The notes under the pieces are model-generated. The model had not been told where the DNA came from, searched no databases, and was given only the letters and a program-made list of their open reading frames with translations. Shown here one piece after another: positions 43,436 to 52,079 of a stretch of DNA of 64,000 bases. The translations under genes were made by a program, and so were the position numbers. Location: positions 2,639-66,638 of the forward strand of contig JAQBQU010000006.1 in the NCBI GenBank assembly GCA_028286865.1. Direction: 5' to 3'. The DNA is from Candidatus Kaiserbacteria bacterium. GTDB lineage: Bacteria; Patescibacteriota; Minisyncoccia; Phycocordibacterales; UBA2100. How positions within the stretch are numbered: the first letter of the stretch is position 1; the number at the start of each line of letters is the position of its first letter.

Positions 43436-44681
43436 ATGCCAGGATCGTCGGGATCTGGATGCAGTCGGGCGCCCCGTGGACCTTCGGATCGGGACGTCCC
43501 GTCACTTCGGCGCCAACGAGACCTTTTTCCGATATGTACGCGGTGATCCGCAGAAAGTGATCCCGCTGCGTCAATCCCGACTTCTCATCGAAGACGACGA
43601 TCGGGATGGGCTTCTGCGAGACCAGCTTCTGAAGGATCCACGAAGGACGCTTCTGCGAGCGAGCTTCCGCGAATTTCGACCGGAACAATTCCGCGTCGGC
43701 ATCGGAGAAGATCACCTGCTTCATGCCCGAAGACATGACGCCCTTGAGCACGCTCGGATATCCGTTGCATACCAAGAGCGGATCGACCCTGCGGCACACG
43801 AGCGAGCACGCGGGTATGAACTCCGCCATTCCCTCTTGTGCTGCGAGGTACGGAAGGAATGCCTTGGAACCGAGGTACGCCGCCGGCGGATAGAACAGAC
43901 ACAGTTCACCCCGCTTATAGCGATCAAGCAGGTGCGCTCTCGCCCATATGTTCTGGTTGAGCGATTCCGGGATCACGAAGACATTCCGGATGTCAGTGCC
44001 AAGGAGCCGGACATCATCTTCGTACACGAGCCGTGCATAGACCCCGCGGTGCGCGAGCGCACGACGGAAGACATCGAACGCAGGTTGGTAGAAACGCTCG
44101 TGCTCAGAAACGATGATCGCCCACTCGCCTTCGCCTGCGGCCTCGATCATGAGGTCGGCCACGGCACTGACGCCGGGACCGGATCGCGGGAACGAATTCG
44201 GCATGCTCTCGTCGAGCAGTGCCATGTACCCGAATCCGCGAGGATTGTAGGCGTCGACCTCGGCGATCTGGTAGACGCCGCGTTCATCTTGAACGAGATC
44301 CACTTTCAGGCACGGTGGCACCTTCCCCGCGATATCTTTGGGACCGAGCAGGCCGCGAAGTCCGGACCCGGCCAAGGCGAGGAATACCGCGTCCTTGTTC
44401 GTGAGCGAACGCTCCCCCGCGAGGTCACTGAGATGTGTGCTCAGCGTCCGCACGGCATTGAACGTCGCCTTCGAAAGCCGGTCCAATTGTTTCTTCTGGT
44501 CCGGGGAGATCACATATGCGCTCGGCGAGAGCACATACGTATTGCGTCGCCGACGAACGGCGTCGCCCCAGTATCCGGTCGCTTCCAGATAGGATTCGAG
44601 ATGTCCCCGGGAGATCCCGAGATCGATGGTCTGTTCCACTATTCTCTCCTGTAAAAGAGCACGGTGCCTCACGGGCACCAT
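43434..44681 (-). CDS. Hypothetical enzyme, possibly an ATP-grasp-like (circularly permuted type) fold
   Basis: The 415-aa ORF has normal composition; the antisense 392-aa ORF is Arg-rich junk. Segments such as KVDLVQDERGVYQIAEVDAYNPRGFGY, YPPAAYLGSKAFLPYL and ..ITAYISEKGLVGAEVTGRP recall ATP-grasp relatives. The assignment is weak. Confidence 0.4.
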   Translation of the reverse strand: MVPVRHRALLQERIVEQTIDLGISRGHLESYLEATGYWGDAVRRRRNTYVLSPSAYVISPDQKKQLDRLSKATFNAVRTLSTHLSDLAGERSLTNKDAVFLALAGSGLRGLLGPKDIAGKVPPCLKVDLVQDERGVYQIAEVDAYNPRGFGYMALLDESMPNSFPRSGPGVSAVADLMIEAAGEGEWAIIVSEHERFYQPAFDVFRRALAHRGVYARLVYEDDVRLLGTDIRNVFVIPESLNQNIWARAHLLDRYKRGELCLFYPPAAYLGSKAFLPYLAAQEGMAEFIPACSLVCRRVDPLLVCNGYPSVLKGVMSSGMKQVIFSDADAELFRSKFAEARSQKRPSWILQKLVSQKPIPIVVFDEKSGLTQRDHFLRITAYISEKGLVGAEVTGRPDPKVHGAPDCIQIPTILA

Positions 44682-44719
44682 GCTGGCGGGTTCTAGACAC
44701 CACCAGCATGACGACCGCG

Positions 44720-45154
44720 TTACTTCAGGAGCTCTTCGATCTCGGAGAGATCATCGACGGTACGCCAGGCCTCTTCTTCCGGACGCTTGGGAGTATGGTC
44801 TTTAAATTTTCCGCGCTTCAGACGGATCGTTCTGGCCCCCGCTTTGTTTCCATGCATGATCTCTTCTGTTATATAGTCTCCGATCACCAGTGTTTCCTGC
44901 GGATGTGTACGGTGGCGCTCCATGATCTCCAGGAATAATTCGGGACTTTTGGCGGGCGTGAATATCGCCTCCGCAAAGTACGATGCGATGCCTAATTCGC
45001 TCACAATGTCTCCGCGTCCCGGTTCGTTCCTCGATACGAGTACGACCGGCATGCGAGCACTGAGGCTTTGTAATAGAGCGAGCGCACCGGGAACAAGCTC
45101 CCCTGTATCCGGATCGTAGACGGTCCTATTGAAGTCGATGATGGTGAGTTTCAT
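44720..45154 (-). CDS. Small HAD-like hydrolase
   Basis: MKLTIIDFNRTVYDP (DxDxT-like motif I with Asn at the second acidic position), VLVSRN, LVIGDYITEEIMHGNKAGA (motif IV-like). Confidence 0.55.
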   Translation of the reverse strand: MKLTIIDFNRTVYDPDTGELVPGALALLQSLSARMPVVLVSRNEPGRGDIVSELGIASYFAEAIFTPAKSPELFLEIMERHRTHPQETLVIGDYITEEIMHGNKAGARTIRLKRGKFKDHTPKRPEEEAWRTVDDLSEIEELLK

Positions 45155-45173
45155 ATGTATTGTTTATTTACTA

Positions 45174-45211
45174 AAAAGATCCCGGCCCTCACGAGAGAGA
45201 CGGGATCTTTT
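45174..45211. terminator. Hairpin in the glmS/HAD intergenic region
   Basis: AAAAGATCCCG-N16-CGGGATCTTTT, an 11-bp stem with A/T runs on both sides. Confidence 0.5.
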
Positions 45212-45338
45212 GCTGCTTTGTTTGGTTTTTATCGGGATGTGGCAAAGTCCGCCTCTCGGTGAAGGTATGTACGCTTCATATGTCGGAACCATGCCATATA
45301 TTTCCAACGTATCACGCTTCAAAAAACGCGCAAGGAGT

Positions 45339-47159
45339 CTATTCGACCGTCACCGATTTGGCGAGATTGCGCGGGCGGTCGACATTGAGACCTTTTTCTT
45401 TGGCGAAATAGTATGCGAAGAGCTGCAGCGGTACCACATTGAGTATCGGCTGGAGCATTTCTATCGTCTTGGGCACGTAGAGGATATCGCTCGTTAAGCT
45501 TTCGATATCGGTGTTCCCTTCGGTCGTGAGCGCGATCACGGGGCCTTTGCGTGCTTTGATCTCCTGGATATTGCTCAGCATCTTTTCGTATACGGAGTCT
45601 TGCGGTGCGATCGCGAGCGTCGGAAAATTCTCATCGATCATGGCGAGCGGCCCGTGTTTCATCTCACCGGCGCCGCACCCTTCCGCGTGGATATACGAGA
45701 TCTCTTTGAGCTTGAGCGCACCTTCGAATGCGAGGGAATAATTATATTTTCTTCCGATATACAAGAAGTCGCGCGAAGCCGCATACTTTTTTGCCATGGC
45801 TTCTATCGCCTCACGTGTCTCAAGTATCATTCTGATCTTCTCGGGAAGGGCGAGCAGGGCCGCGGCTATCTCACTCCCCTCGCTTGCCGCCATGGTGCGC
45901 TGCCGACCGAGGAAAATGGTCAAAAGCGCGAGCGCGGTCAGCTGCGAGACGAGTGCCTTCGTAGAAGCCACGCCGATCTCGGGGCCCGCATGGTTGTACA
46001 CGCCGGCATCCGTCTCGCGCGCGATCGTTGATCCGACGGTGTTCACGATACCGAGCGTGAGCGCCCCGCGTCGCTTACCTTCGCGGATCGCTTCGAGCGT
46101 ATCCGCGGTCTCGCCGGATTGTGAGATCGCAAGCAGTATCGTACGGTTATTAAGCACCGGCTTGCGGTAGCGGAATTCGGAGCCGAGCTCGACTTCTACA
46201 GGAAGCCCGGAAAACTCTTCGAGCATGTATTCCCCGGTGAGTCCGGCATAGTACGCCGTGCCGCAGCCCACGATGATGATGCGCTCCATCTCTCCGAGAC
46301 GCCCCGCCACGCGCTCGAGCCCGCCCAGGCGGGCAAGTCCCTGCTCGGGAATGAGCCGGCCGCGCAGCGTGTTCTCGACGACCTCCGGGCCCTCCATGAT
46401 CTCCTTGAGCATAAAGTGCTCGTATCCTCCCTTTTGCGCCACCTCGGTGCTCCAATCCACCTCTTCTGCCTGCCGCTCCACTTTGAGCGCGTCGAGTGTA
46501 TAGATGGAATGTATCGTCGGGGTGAGCACTGCCACTTCTCCGTCATGCAGATAGACGACCTGTCGTGTATGCCGCAATATCGGCGAGGCATCGGAGGCGA
46601 CAAAATTCTCACCTTCGCCGAGTCCGATAACGACGGGCGCACCCATGCGCGCCGCTATGATCTTATCCGGCTCGTTCTTATACTGGATGGCCATGCCGTA
46701 TGTGCCGCGTATCTCATTGAGCGCCTTGAACGTCGCCTTCTCGAAATCCGGTTCCGCTTTCATATGCTCCTCGATCAGATGCGGCATGACCTCGGTATCC
46801 GTCGATGACTTGAAGGTGTGTCCCGCTTTCTGCAATTTTTCTTTCAGTTCCTTGAAATTTTCAATGATGCCGTTGTGTACCACCCATATCTCTCCCGCCT
46901 CACCGGAGTGCGGGTGCGCATTCTCTTCGGTCGGTTCTCCGTGCGTGGCCCACCGCAGATGCGCGATACCGCTGTGTCCTTTGAGTCCACCGGGGATCTT
47001 TTTGCGAAGCTCGGATACCGGACCCGCCGCTTTTATACAGCCGGAGTCGGGAAGATAGATACCCGCAGAATCATATCCGCGGTACTCGAGACTGGTGAGT
47101 CCGTCGATCAGGATCGCGCCCGCATCTTTCTCTCCCGTATATGCAAATATTCCGCACAT
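45339..47159 (-). CDS. glmS: Glutamine--fructose-6-phosphate aminotransferase
   Basis: MCGIFAYTG N-terminal nucleophile, two SIS domains, and C-terminal DRPRNLAKSVTVE. Confidence 0.97.
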   Translation of the reverse strand: MCGIFAYTGEKDAGAILIDGLTSLEYRGYDSAGIYLPDSGCIKAAGPVSELRKKIPGGLKGHSGIAHLRWATHGEPTEENAHPHSGEAGEIWVVHNGIIENFKELKEKLQKAGHTFKSSTDTEVMPHLIEEHMKAEPDFEKATFKALNEIRGTYGMAIQYKNEPDKIIAARMGAPVVIGLGEGENFVASDASPILRHTRQVVYLHDGEVAVLTPTIHSIYTLDALKVERQAEEVDWSTEVAQKGGYEHFMLKEIMEGPEVVENTLRGRLIPEQGLARLGGLERVAGRLGEMERIIIVGCGTAYYAGLTGEYMLEEFSGLPVEVELGSEFRYRKPVLNNRTILLAISQSGETADTLEAIREGKRRGALTLGIVNTVGSTIARETDAGVYNHAGPEIGVASTKALVSQLTALALLTIFLGRQRTMAASEGSEIAAALLALPEKIRMILETREAIEAMAKKYAASRDFLYIGRKYNYSLAFEGALKLKEISYIHAEGCGAGEMKHGPLAMIDENFPTLAIAPQDSVYEKMLSNIQEIKARKGPVIALTTEGNTDIESLTSDILYVPKTIEMLQPILNVVPLQLFAYYFAKEKGLNVDRPRNLAKSVTVE

Positions 47160-47162
47160 GGT

Positions 47163-48242
47163 CTATGCGTCCGGGTACGCTTTCTTGGTGTCTTGTGCGA
47201 GATACCCGTTCCACATCGCACCCGTTGCACTCATGACGACATCCGCGCCCGCTTCGCGGTATTCTTTGTAATCTTCCGGCCGCGTGACTCCGCCGACCCC
47301 TTCTATTGAAAATGTGAACCCTCTTTTGTCGCGGATCGCGCGCATGCGCTTCACGAAATCGATCCCCGCCCATTTGATACCCGCACCGCATACACCGGAA
47401 CGCAGTCGTGCCGGAGAACCGGGGAGCGCCTGGTTGCCTTCCGCATCGCGTATCTCGGCCGCGAGCGTATTGATACCTGATACACCGTCTGCGTATGCAT
47501 CTACGATCTCGGCAAGCTTTTCCATATCGGCGTCATTCTGATAGTACCCGACTTTGAGGATGAGCGGCGTATCACCGATCACACTACGGATCCCTTGTGC
47601 CACTTTTTCGGTCACGTCGAGGTTGTAGCAGACGAGTCCCTCGTTGCCGATGTTCGGGCACGACAGATTCGTCTCGAGCACTTTCGCCCCGGTCTCATAG
47701 GCGAGCTTCCCGGCGAGCACACAGTCATCAATGAACTCCTGCTGGGTCTGATCCGGACGCACAGTTCCCATAAAGCTGAGCACAAGCACTTGGCCCGTAC
47801 CCGCGTAAGCGATCGCTTTTTTTACGTCTTCCTGCCAGATAGTGGCGTCTTTCGAGGGCACTCCGAAGGAGTTGGTGATAGAGAGCGGTTCGGTGTACGA
47901 CGTGTCGGCTATGACCGGCTGCTTCATCACTTCATAGGTGAGGTCGCCGTCGGGATGGATCGCAAGCACATTGGGGAACGGATGGCTCGGGAAGATACCG
48001 CTGCGCACCGTTTTATAGACCGCGATATCGAACCCTTTTTCGAAGGCCGCTTTGCAGTACGCGCTGTTGAGAAGCGGTCCTGCGGGGATGCCGAGCGGGA
48101 GGAACACTTTGTTGCCGTGGAAATCGTGCATGGGCGTACCTTCGTTGCCTACACGTACGCCGTCGGCAAACGGACCGAAAGGCCCCGTGTCGTAATTTTC
48201 TTCGTAGCTTTTAAGCGGGTCGAAAAAAGGTACTTTGAGCAT
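47163..48242 (-). CDS. pyrD: Dihydroorotate dehydrogenase-like (class 1 type) flavoenzyme
   Basis: Start at the ATG at 48242 (MLKVPFFDPL..). LGIPAGPL, ETNLSCPN (active-site Cys loop), GVGGV..PEDYKEYREAGADVV. Confidence 0.75.
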   Translation of the reverse strand: MLKVPFFDPLKSYEENYDTGPFGPFADGVRVGNEGTPMHDFHGNKVFLPLGIPAGPLLNSAYCKAAFEKGFDIAVYKTVRSGIFPSHPFPNVLAIHPDGDLTYEVMKQPVIADTSYTEPLSITNSFGVPSKDATIWQEDVKKAIAYAGTGQVLVLSFMGTVRPDQTQQEFIDDCVLAGKLAYETGAKVLETNLSCPNIGNEGLVCYNLDVTEKVAQGIRSVIGDTPLILKVGYYQNDADMEKLAEIVDAYADGVSGINTLAAEIRDAEGNQALPGSPARLRSGVCGAGIKWAGIDFVKRMRAIRDKRGFTFSIEGVGGVTRPEDYKEYREAGADVVMSATGAMWNGYLAQDTKKAYPDA

Positions 48243-48267
48243 ATCGGCATAGTAGCATGCCGCCTTT

Positions 48268-48876
48268 TTAGGAGGCGAGGACCGTGTATACAACGAGCCG
48301 CTCGTCGTATGTTTTGTCACCCTTTACCCACGAGCCGGAGCATGTGACGAGGTTCAGCCGTGCTTTGTCTTTGCGGTTGAAAAGGAGTGTTGTCGGGACA
48401 CTTTTGTACGGATACGCCTGAGCGCTCTCGACGATGAAACGGAGCTTCGTTCCGTCCTTGGTCACCACATACACGTCGGCGCCCGTTTTTATGTCTGCCA
48501 GATGCTTGAACACTCCGGCGAGCGCGAGGCCATTATCGACATGCCCGTCGATAACCGCACTTCCGACCTGACCGGGCAGCGTTCCATATTTATACCAGGC
48601 AACGTCGGTGAAATTATTCGGTACACCCATGTTGCCCGCCGTGGTGATGCCGACATACTGAACGGAGGCATCGATTCCGAGCGACGGGATCCGGAGGCGT
48701 GCCGGCTGCGCATCGGGAGACGCCTGTGCCGCAGGAGTAGAGGAAGCGATGCCGGCCGGTATCGCGATCTCTGACTCCGGCGCGTAATACAACGCATGTA
48801 CCAAGGTCGACGCAAATACGAGTATGGCGAGAAGCGTCACTATAGCGGCAAGGATTCGTTTCATATGCATATGCAT
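48268..48876 (-). CDS. Sortase (class F-like), membrane-anchored
   Basis: N-terminal TM. IDGHVD (catalytic His region), LNLVTCSG (TLxTC motif), ERLVVYTV (Arg region). Confidence 0.85.
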   Translation of the reverse strand: MHMHMKRILAAIVTLLAILVFASTLVHALYYAPESEIAIPAGIASSTPAAQASPDAQPARLRIPSLGIDASVQYVGITTAGNMGVPNNFTDVAWYKYGTLPGQVGSAVIDGHVDNGLALAGVFKHLADIKTGADVYVVTKDGTKLRFIVESAQAYPYKSVPTTLLFNRKDKARLNLVTCSGSWVKGDKTYDERLVVYTVLAS

Positions 48877-48914
48877 GTCGGGCGCTCAAGGCGCCCGACA
48901 TGATAGTACCGCAT

Positions 48915-49136
48915 TTATCGCGTACTGCGCTTTACCTGTTTGCGGGCAAGATACGCGGTGCCGCCGATAGCGACGAGCGCGGATGTGCCGAGCAGAAGCA
49001 TGTTCGCCGCAGAGTCTCCGCCGGCGCCGGTGTTACCGACTCCCGGAGTGGTCGATGCGGTCGTCTGAGCACTTGCGACCCCGGCGGATAAGAGCATGGC
49101 GAGGGCTACTATCGGCGCGATATTCTTTACTTTCAT
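48915..49136 (-). CDS. 73-aa protein: signal peptide, short linker and a sorting-signal-like C-terminus
   Basis: MKVKNIAPIVALAMLLSAGVASA | QTTASTTPGVGNTGAGGDSAAN | MLLLGTSALVAIGGTAYLA RKQVKRSTR. Hydrophobic helix plus basic tail, as in cell-wall sorting signals, and directly upstream of the sortase. Confidence 0.55.
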   Translation of the reverse strand: MKVKNIAPIVALAMLLSAGVASAQTTASTTPGVGNTGAGGDSAANMLLLGTSALVAIGGTAYLARKQVKRSTR

Positions 49137-49252
49137 AGCGTCTTATTTCTAACTCGTAACGTAGCCGCGCTGCGCGGACCCCTCTGTGGCACTCGCGACT
49201 ACCTCCTCAGTATGCCAAAAGAGCAGTGAACGAGACGTGAAGGTCAGATGCC

Positions 49253-49444
49253 TTATGTAGCTCGCTTTTTAGGCACTTTTTTGCCCTTTTTGCGGGCTTC
49301 GGAGAGACCGATCGCTATGGCCTGTTTGCGGCTCGTGACCGTGCCCCCCTTACCGCCTTTGCCGCTCTTGAGCGTTCCCTTTTTAAATTTCTTCATTTCT
49401 CGCTTCACATCCGTACCGGCCCCCTTGGAATACTTTCGCGCCAT
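49253..49444 (-). CDS. Small basic protein (63 aa, K/G-rich)
   Basis: Conserved-looking core SRKQAIAIGLSEARKKGKK. I recall similar short Lys-rich proteins (DUF6496-like), but this is not verified. Confidence 0.55.
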   Translation of the reverse strand: MARKYSKGAGTDVKREMKKFKKGTLKSGKGGKGGTVTSRKQAIAIGLSEARKKGKKVPKKRAT

Positions 49445-49649
49445 ATGAAGAAAATCCTAATTGCTAATCAGCTTGCGCCTCGCGGCTGACGCCGGGAGTC
49501 TTTTCGCCCGTACCGCGTCTTCGGTCGGGATCATTTGTATAGGTCTGCGAGTGATTGTCGTTGAGACCGGGTGATTTCGGATCTACGATCGGTGTATCAT
49601 CATCGGGCATGCGGCCAATTGTACGTACGCATTATGAAAATAATCTGAA

Positions 49650-50579
49650 TTAGATGCGGCACACTCGATCGAGTTCGGCGATATCAGCCGAGCTTGCCGA
49701 CGATCTACTGCTCTGATTGAGCCGATACATGATCGCATTCTCATCGGCGACATGGTCGAGCCCGAGCGCATGGCCGAACTCGTGCGAGAGCACCCGAGTG
49801 AGCCGCTGCGAAGAATCATATTCATAGACCGTGATGCTCTGCTTGCCGGGAGCGCTCTGGAATACCGCCTCCTCGAATTCCTGCCCCGTGCCTGCTCCCA
49901 CCGAATTATATTTTGAGGCATCCAGATTCAAAACGGACACCATGTGATTGAGCACACTCACCATCGCATTGATAGAATCCGCGTCGCTGTTGAGCCGGCT
50001 CTGGAGCGTCTGGATATGCGCCCGCTGCGAATCGAGCGCCGCTTTCTGTGCATTGAGCTGTTTGTATACATCCGCCGGAGCGCCGCCTTTTGCGTTCCAA
50101 ATATTCACCTGCTGCTGATAGAGGGTCGATTGCTGCTGGTAGGTCGCATACGCCGTATCAAATGCTGCCTTGGTCGTCTTGTAATCTGCGGTGAGCGTAT
50201 TGTATTTTGCCTTCATGGCGTTATACGAGGCAAGGTCGTCGTTGACCGTAAGCCCCAAGCTCTTGAGCTTGGCGGTGGTTTCCTGACGCGTATCGTATAC
50301 AAAATTCACTTCAAGCACGGCGTGCGCCGGATCATACACAAAAAGGGAGCGGTGAGCTGCATCGCTCCAAATGCCGGTGGCAGTTGTTATCGATGTGAGG
50401 ACCGTCGAGGTCGATATCCCGAAACGCGGGTCGATAGAATTGATACCGTATGCGATCGGCACCGAGCAGGGACGTACCTGCGCGTATGTCTGATATGCGA
50501 ATACGCGAAGCGGCGCACGATATACGTACGCCGCTGCCGCGATACATAGTAGGAATGCTGCGCGCAAGACCCACTTCAT
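49650..50579 (-). CDS. Matrixin-family zinc metalloprotease with a coiled-coil insert
   Basis: Signal/TM N-terminus, HEFGHALGLDH (HExxHxxGxxH) followed by a Met-turn-like IMY. Confidence 0.8.
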   Translation of the reverse strand: MKWVLRAAFLLCIAAAAYVYRAPLRVFAYQTYAQVRPCSVPIAYGINSIDPRFGISTSTVLTSITTATGIWSDAAHRSLFVYDPAHAVLEVNFVYDTRQETTAKLKSLGLTVNDDLASYNAMKAKYNTLTADYKTTKAAFDTAYATYQQQSTLYQQQVNIWNAKGGAPADVYKQLNAQKAALDSQRAHIQTLQSRLNSDADSINAMVSVLNHMVSVLNLDASKYNSVGAGTGQEFEEAVFQSAPGKQSITVYEYDSSQRLTRVLSHEFGHALGLDHVADENAIMYRLNQSSRSSASSADIAELDRVCRI

Positions 50580-50586
50580 ATAGTGT

Positions 50587-51030
50587 TTATCGTCGCGCCT
50601 TTTTTACGGTCTTCTTGGCGCTTGAAACCGCCTTCTTCGCGGACTTCTTTGCATTACTGACCGTCTTCTTGGCCGACGTACCGGCCTTCTTCATCCCTCC
50701 GGTGAGTTCCGCTGCAAGTTCCTGCCAGTTCATCTTCAGCTCTTTAGCTGCCTTCTGGAGGTCCATTTTGTCGACCGAGCGGACGGTCTCGTACGCAGCG
50801 GCCGCCTGGTCGATGATCTTGGCCAACTGTGCCTTATCGATATTCTGTACCTTCTTTGCCTGCTTCACTACGTCGTTCTTCAGATTACCCGCCCACTTCG
50901 CGGCGATCTTGCGGTTCTGCTTGGCGTCTTTGCTTGCATAGAAATAATATCCCGCAGCTGCCATCGCCGCTCCGGCAGCGAGCACTCCCGCCCCGACTCC
51001 TGCGCCTACCTTCGTATTCTTTTTTGCCAT
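50587..51030 (-). CDS. Membrane-anchored K/A-rich helical protein (YtxH-like?)
   Basis: GAGVGAGVLAAGAAMAAAGYYFY TM segment, then a Lys/Ala-rich amphipathic sequence. Confidence 0.45.
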   Translation of the reverse strand: MAKKNTKVGAGVGAGVLAAGAAMAAAGYYFYASKDAKQNRKIAAKWAGNLKNDVVKQAKKVQNIDKAQLAKIIDQAAAAYETVRSVDKMDLQKAAKELKMNWQELAAELTGGMKKAGTSAKKTVSNAKKSAKKAVSSAKKTVKKARR

Positions 51031-51059
51031 ATCTATATTCTGTTTACATTTTTTAATGA

Positions 51060-51335
51060 CTATTTCTTCTTTTCCCCCATAAATCTGCTTGCCGTCTTGC
51101 GCGCAAAGCGCGCCAGGTGAAGCATCTTAAATCCCTCCTGCTTCACGTTCGCCCTCATCTCCGCGACATCGGCACGCACCAGGACCGCCTCGTCGGAAAC
51201 TGTTTCCGAGATCTCCTCGACGCGACGCAATATTCTGAGCACGCGAACCAAAGCAAAGGCAAGGAGTCCCGCGATCACGATGACCGCAAGCGTCGAAACG
51301 AGGAAGAACACATCCATTTTCAGGAAATCATTCAT
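51060..51335 (-). CDS. Small single-TM protein (91 aa)
   Basis: VFFLVSTLAVIVIAGLLAFALV TM segment followed by a charged helix. Adjacent to the previous stress-protein-like ORF. Confidence 0.45.
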   Translation of the reverse strand: MNDFLKMDVFFLVSTLAVIVIAGLLAFALVRVLRILRRVEEISETVSDEAVLVRADVAEMRANVKQEGFKMLHLARFARKTASRFMGEKKK

Positions 51336-51448
51336 AGCGATTTGATCTCAAGCACCTCTGTCGATACCTACTTATAATGTCTCTGCCCATTGTACGTGGC
51401 CCTGCGCGACTGTACATCCCCACACTTCATCGTCTGTTCAGAGAACTG

Positions 51449-52072
51449 TTAGTCGAGACTGAATTTGAAGACCCGCTCGACGAGGTCGAGCGAGCCGGGA
51501 GTGATATTGAAGATGATCGGAAAGGCGAAGAAAAAGAGGCACACGTGTACGTCAAAGAACGAGATGATGAGCCCCAGAAGATACGACACAAGGCTCAGAT
51601 CCGCGCGGAAACGTGCCTGGTTGATGGTCCGCTGCGGTAGGGTCGGATTCATGAGCTCTTTGTGGCGCTTCACGTATCCCATCATGGCGGTGGAAAGCGC
51701 GACAATGACTATGATGTTCAGTCCGTAGATCAGCGCCGATATCTGGAACGAGTGGTAGCGGCCGATCACGTTGGCCGAGAACGGGACGAATGCGACGAAC
51801 ATGAGGTACGCGAGATTGAGCAGGTTGAGCCGGCGGTCGACGGAGCGGATGAACGAGTGAAAGAGGTAGTGATGATTGATCCACAAGGTCGAGAGCACCG
51901 CAAAACTCAGAAAATACACTCCGAGAAGCGGCAAGACACTCACGATCGCATTCGAGAGCGAGGCATTAGTGACCGGGGCCACAAGTTCCGGCACTTTGAT
52001 ATCGAATATCAAAAGCGTCATGACGATCGAGAAGACGCCGTCGCTGAATGATTCGAGCCGTGATTTGTTCAT
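51449..52072 (-). CDS. TMEM175/DUF1211 family potassium channel
   Basis: RLESFSDGVFSIVMTLLIFDIKVP N-terminal signature, six TM helices. Confidence 0.85.
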   Translation of the reverse strand: MNKSRLESFSDGVFSIVMTLLIFDIKVPELVAPVTNASLSNAIVSVLPLLGVYFLSFAVLSTLWINHHYLFHSFIRSVDRRLNLLNLAYLMFVAFVPFSANVIGRYHSFQISALIYGLNIIVIVALSTAMMGYVKRHKELMNPTLPQRTINQARFRADLSLVSYLLGLIISFFDVHVCLFFFAFPIIFNITPGSLDLVERVFKFSLD

Positions 52073-52079
52073 ATACCAA

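Noticed and set aside
43476-44654. 392-aa plus-strand ORF opposite the ATP-grasp-like gene
   Set aside because: Its Arg/Asp/Glu-rich composition looks like an antisense artefact. The minus-strand ORF has a balanced composition and sits against the bidirectional terminator.
47160-47162. Looked for a glmS ribozyme upstream of glmS
   Set aside because: Only 3 nt separate the glmS start from the pyrD-like stop codon, so there is no room for a ribozyme. glmS is translationally coupled within an operon.
49464-49610. 48-aa minus-strand ORF (MPDDDTPIVDPKSPGLNDNHSQ..) in the 205-nt gap upstream of the small basic protein gene
   Set aside because: It is hydrophilic and low in complexity, with no clear SD or promoter. 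It could be a real small stress protein, but the sequence alone does not support it.
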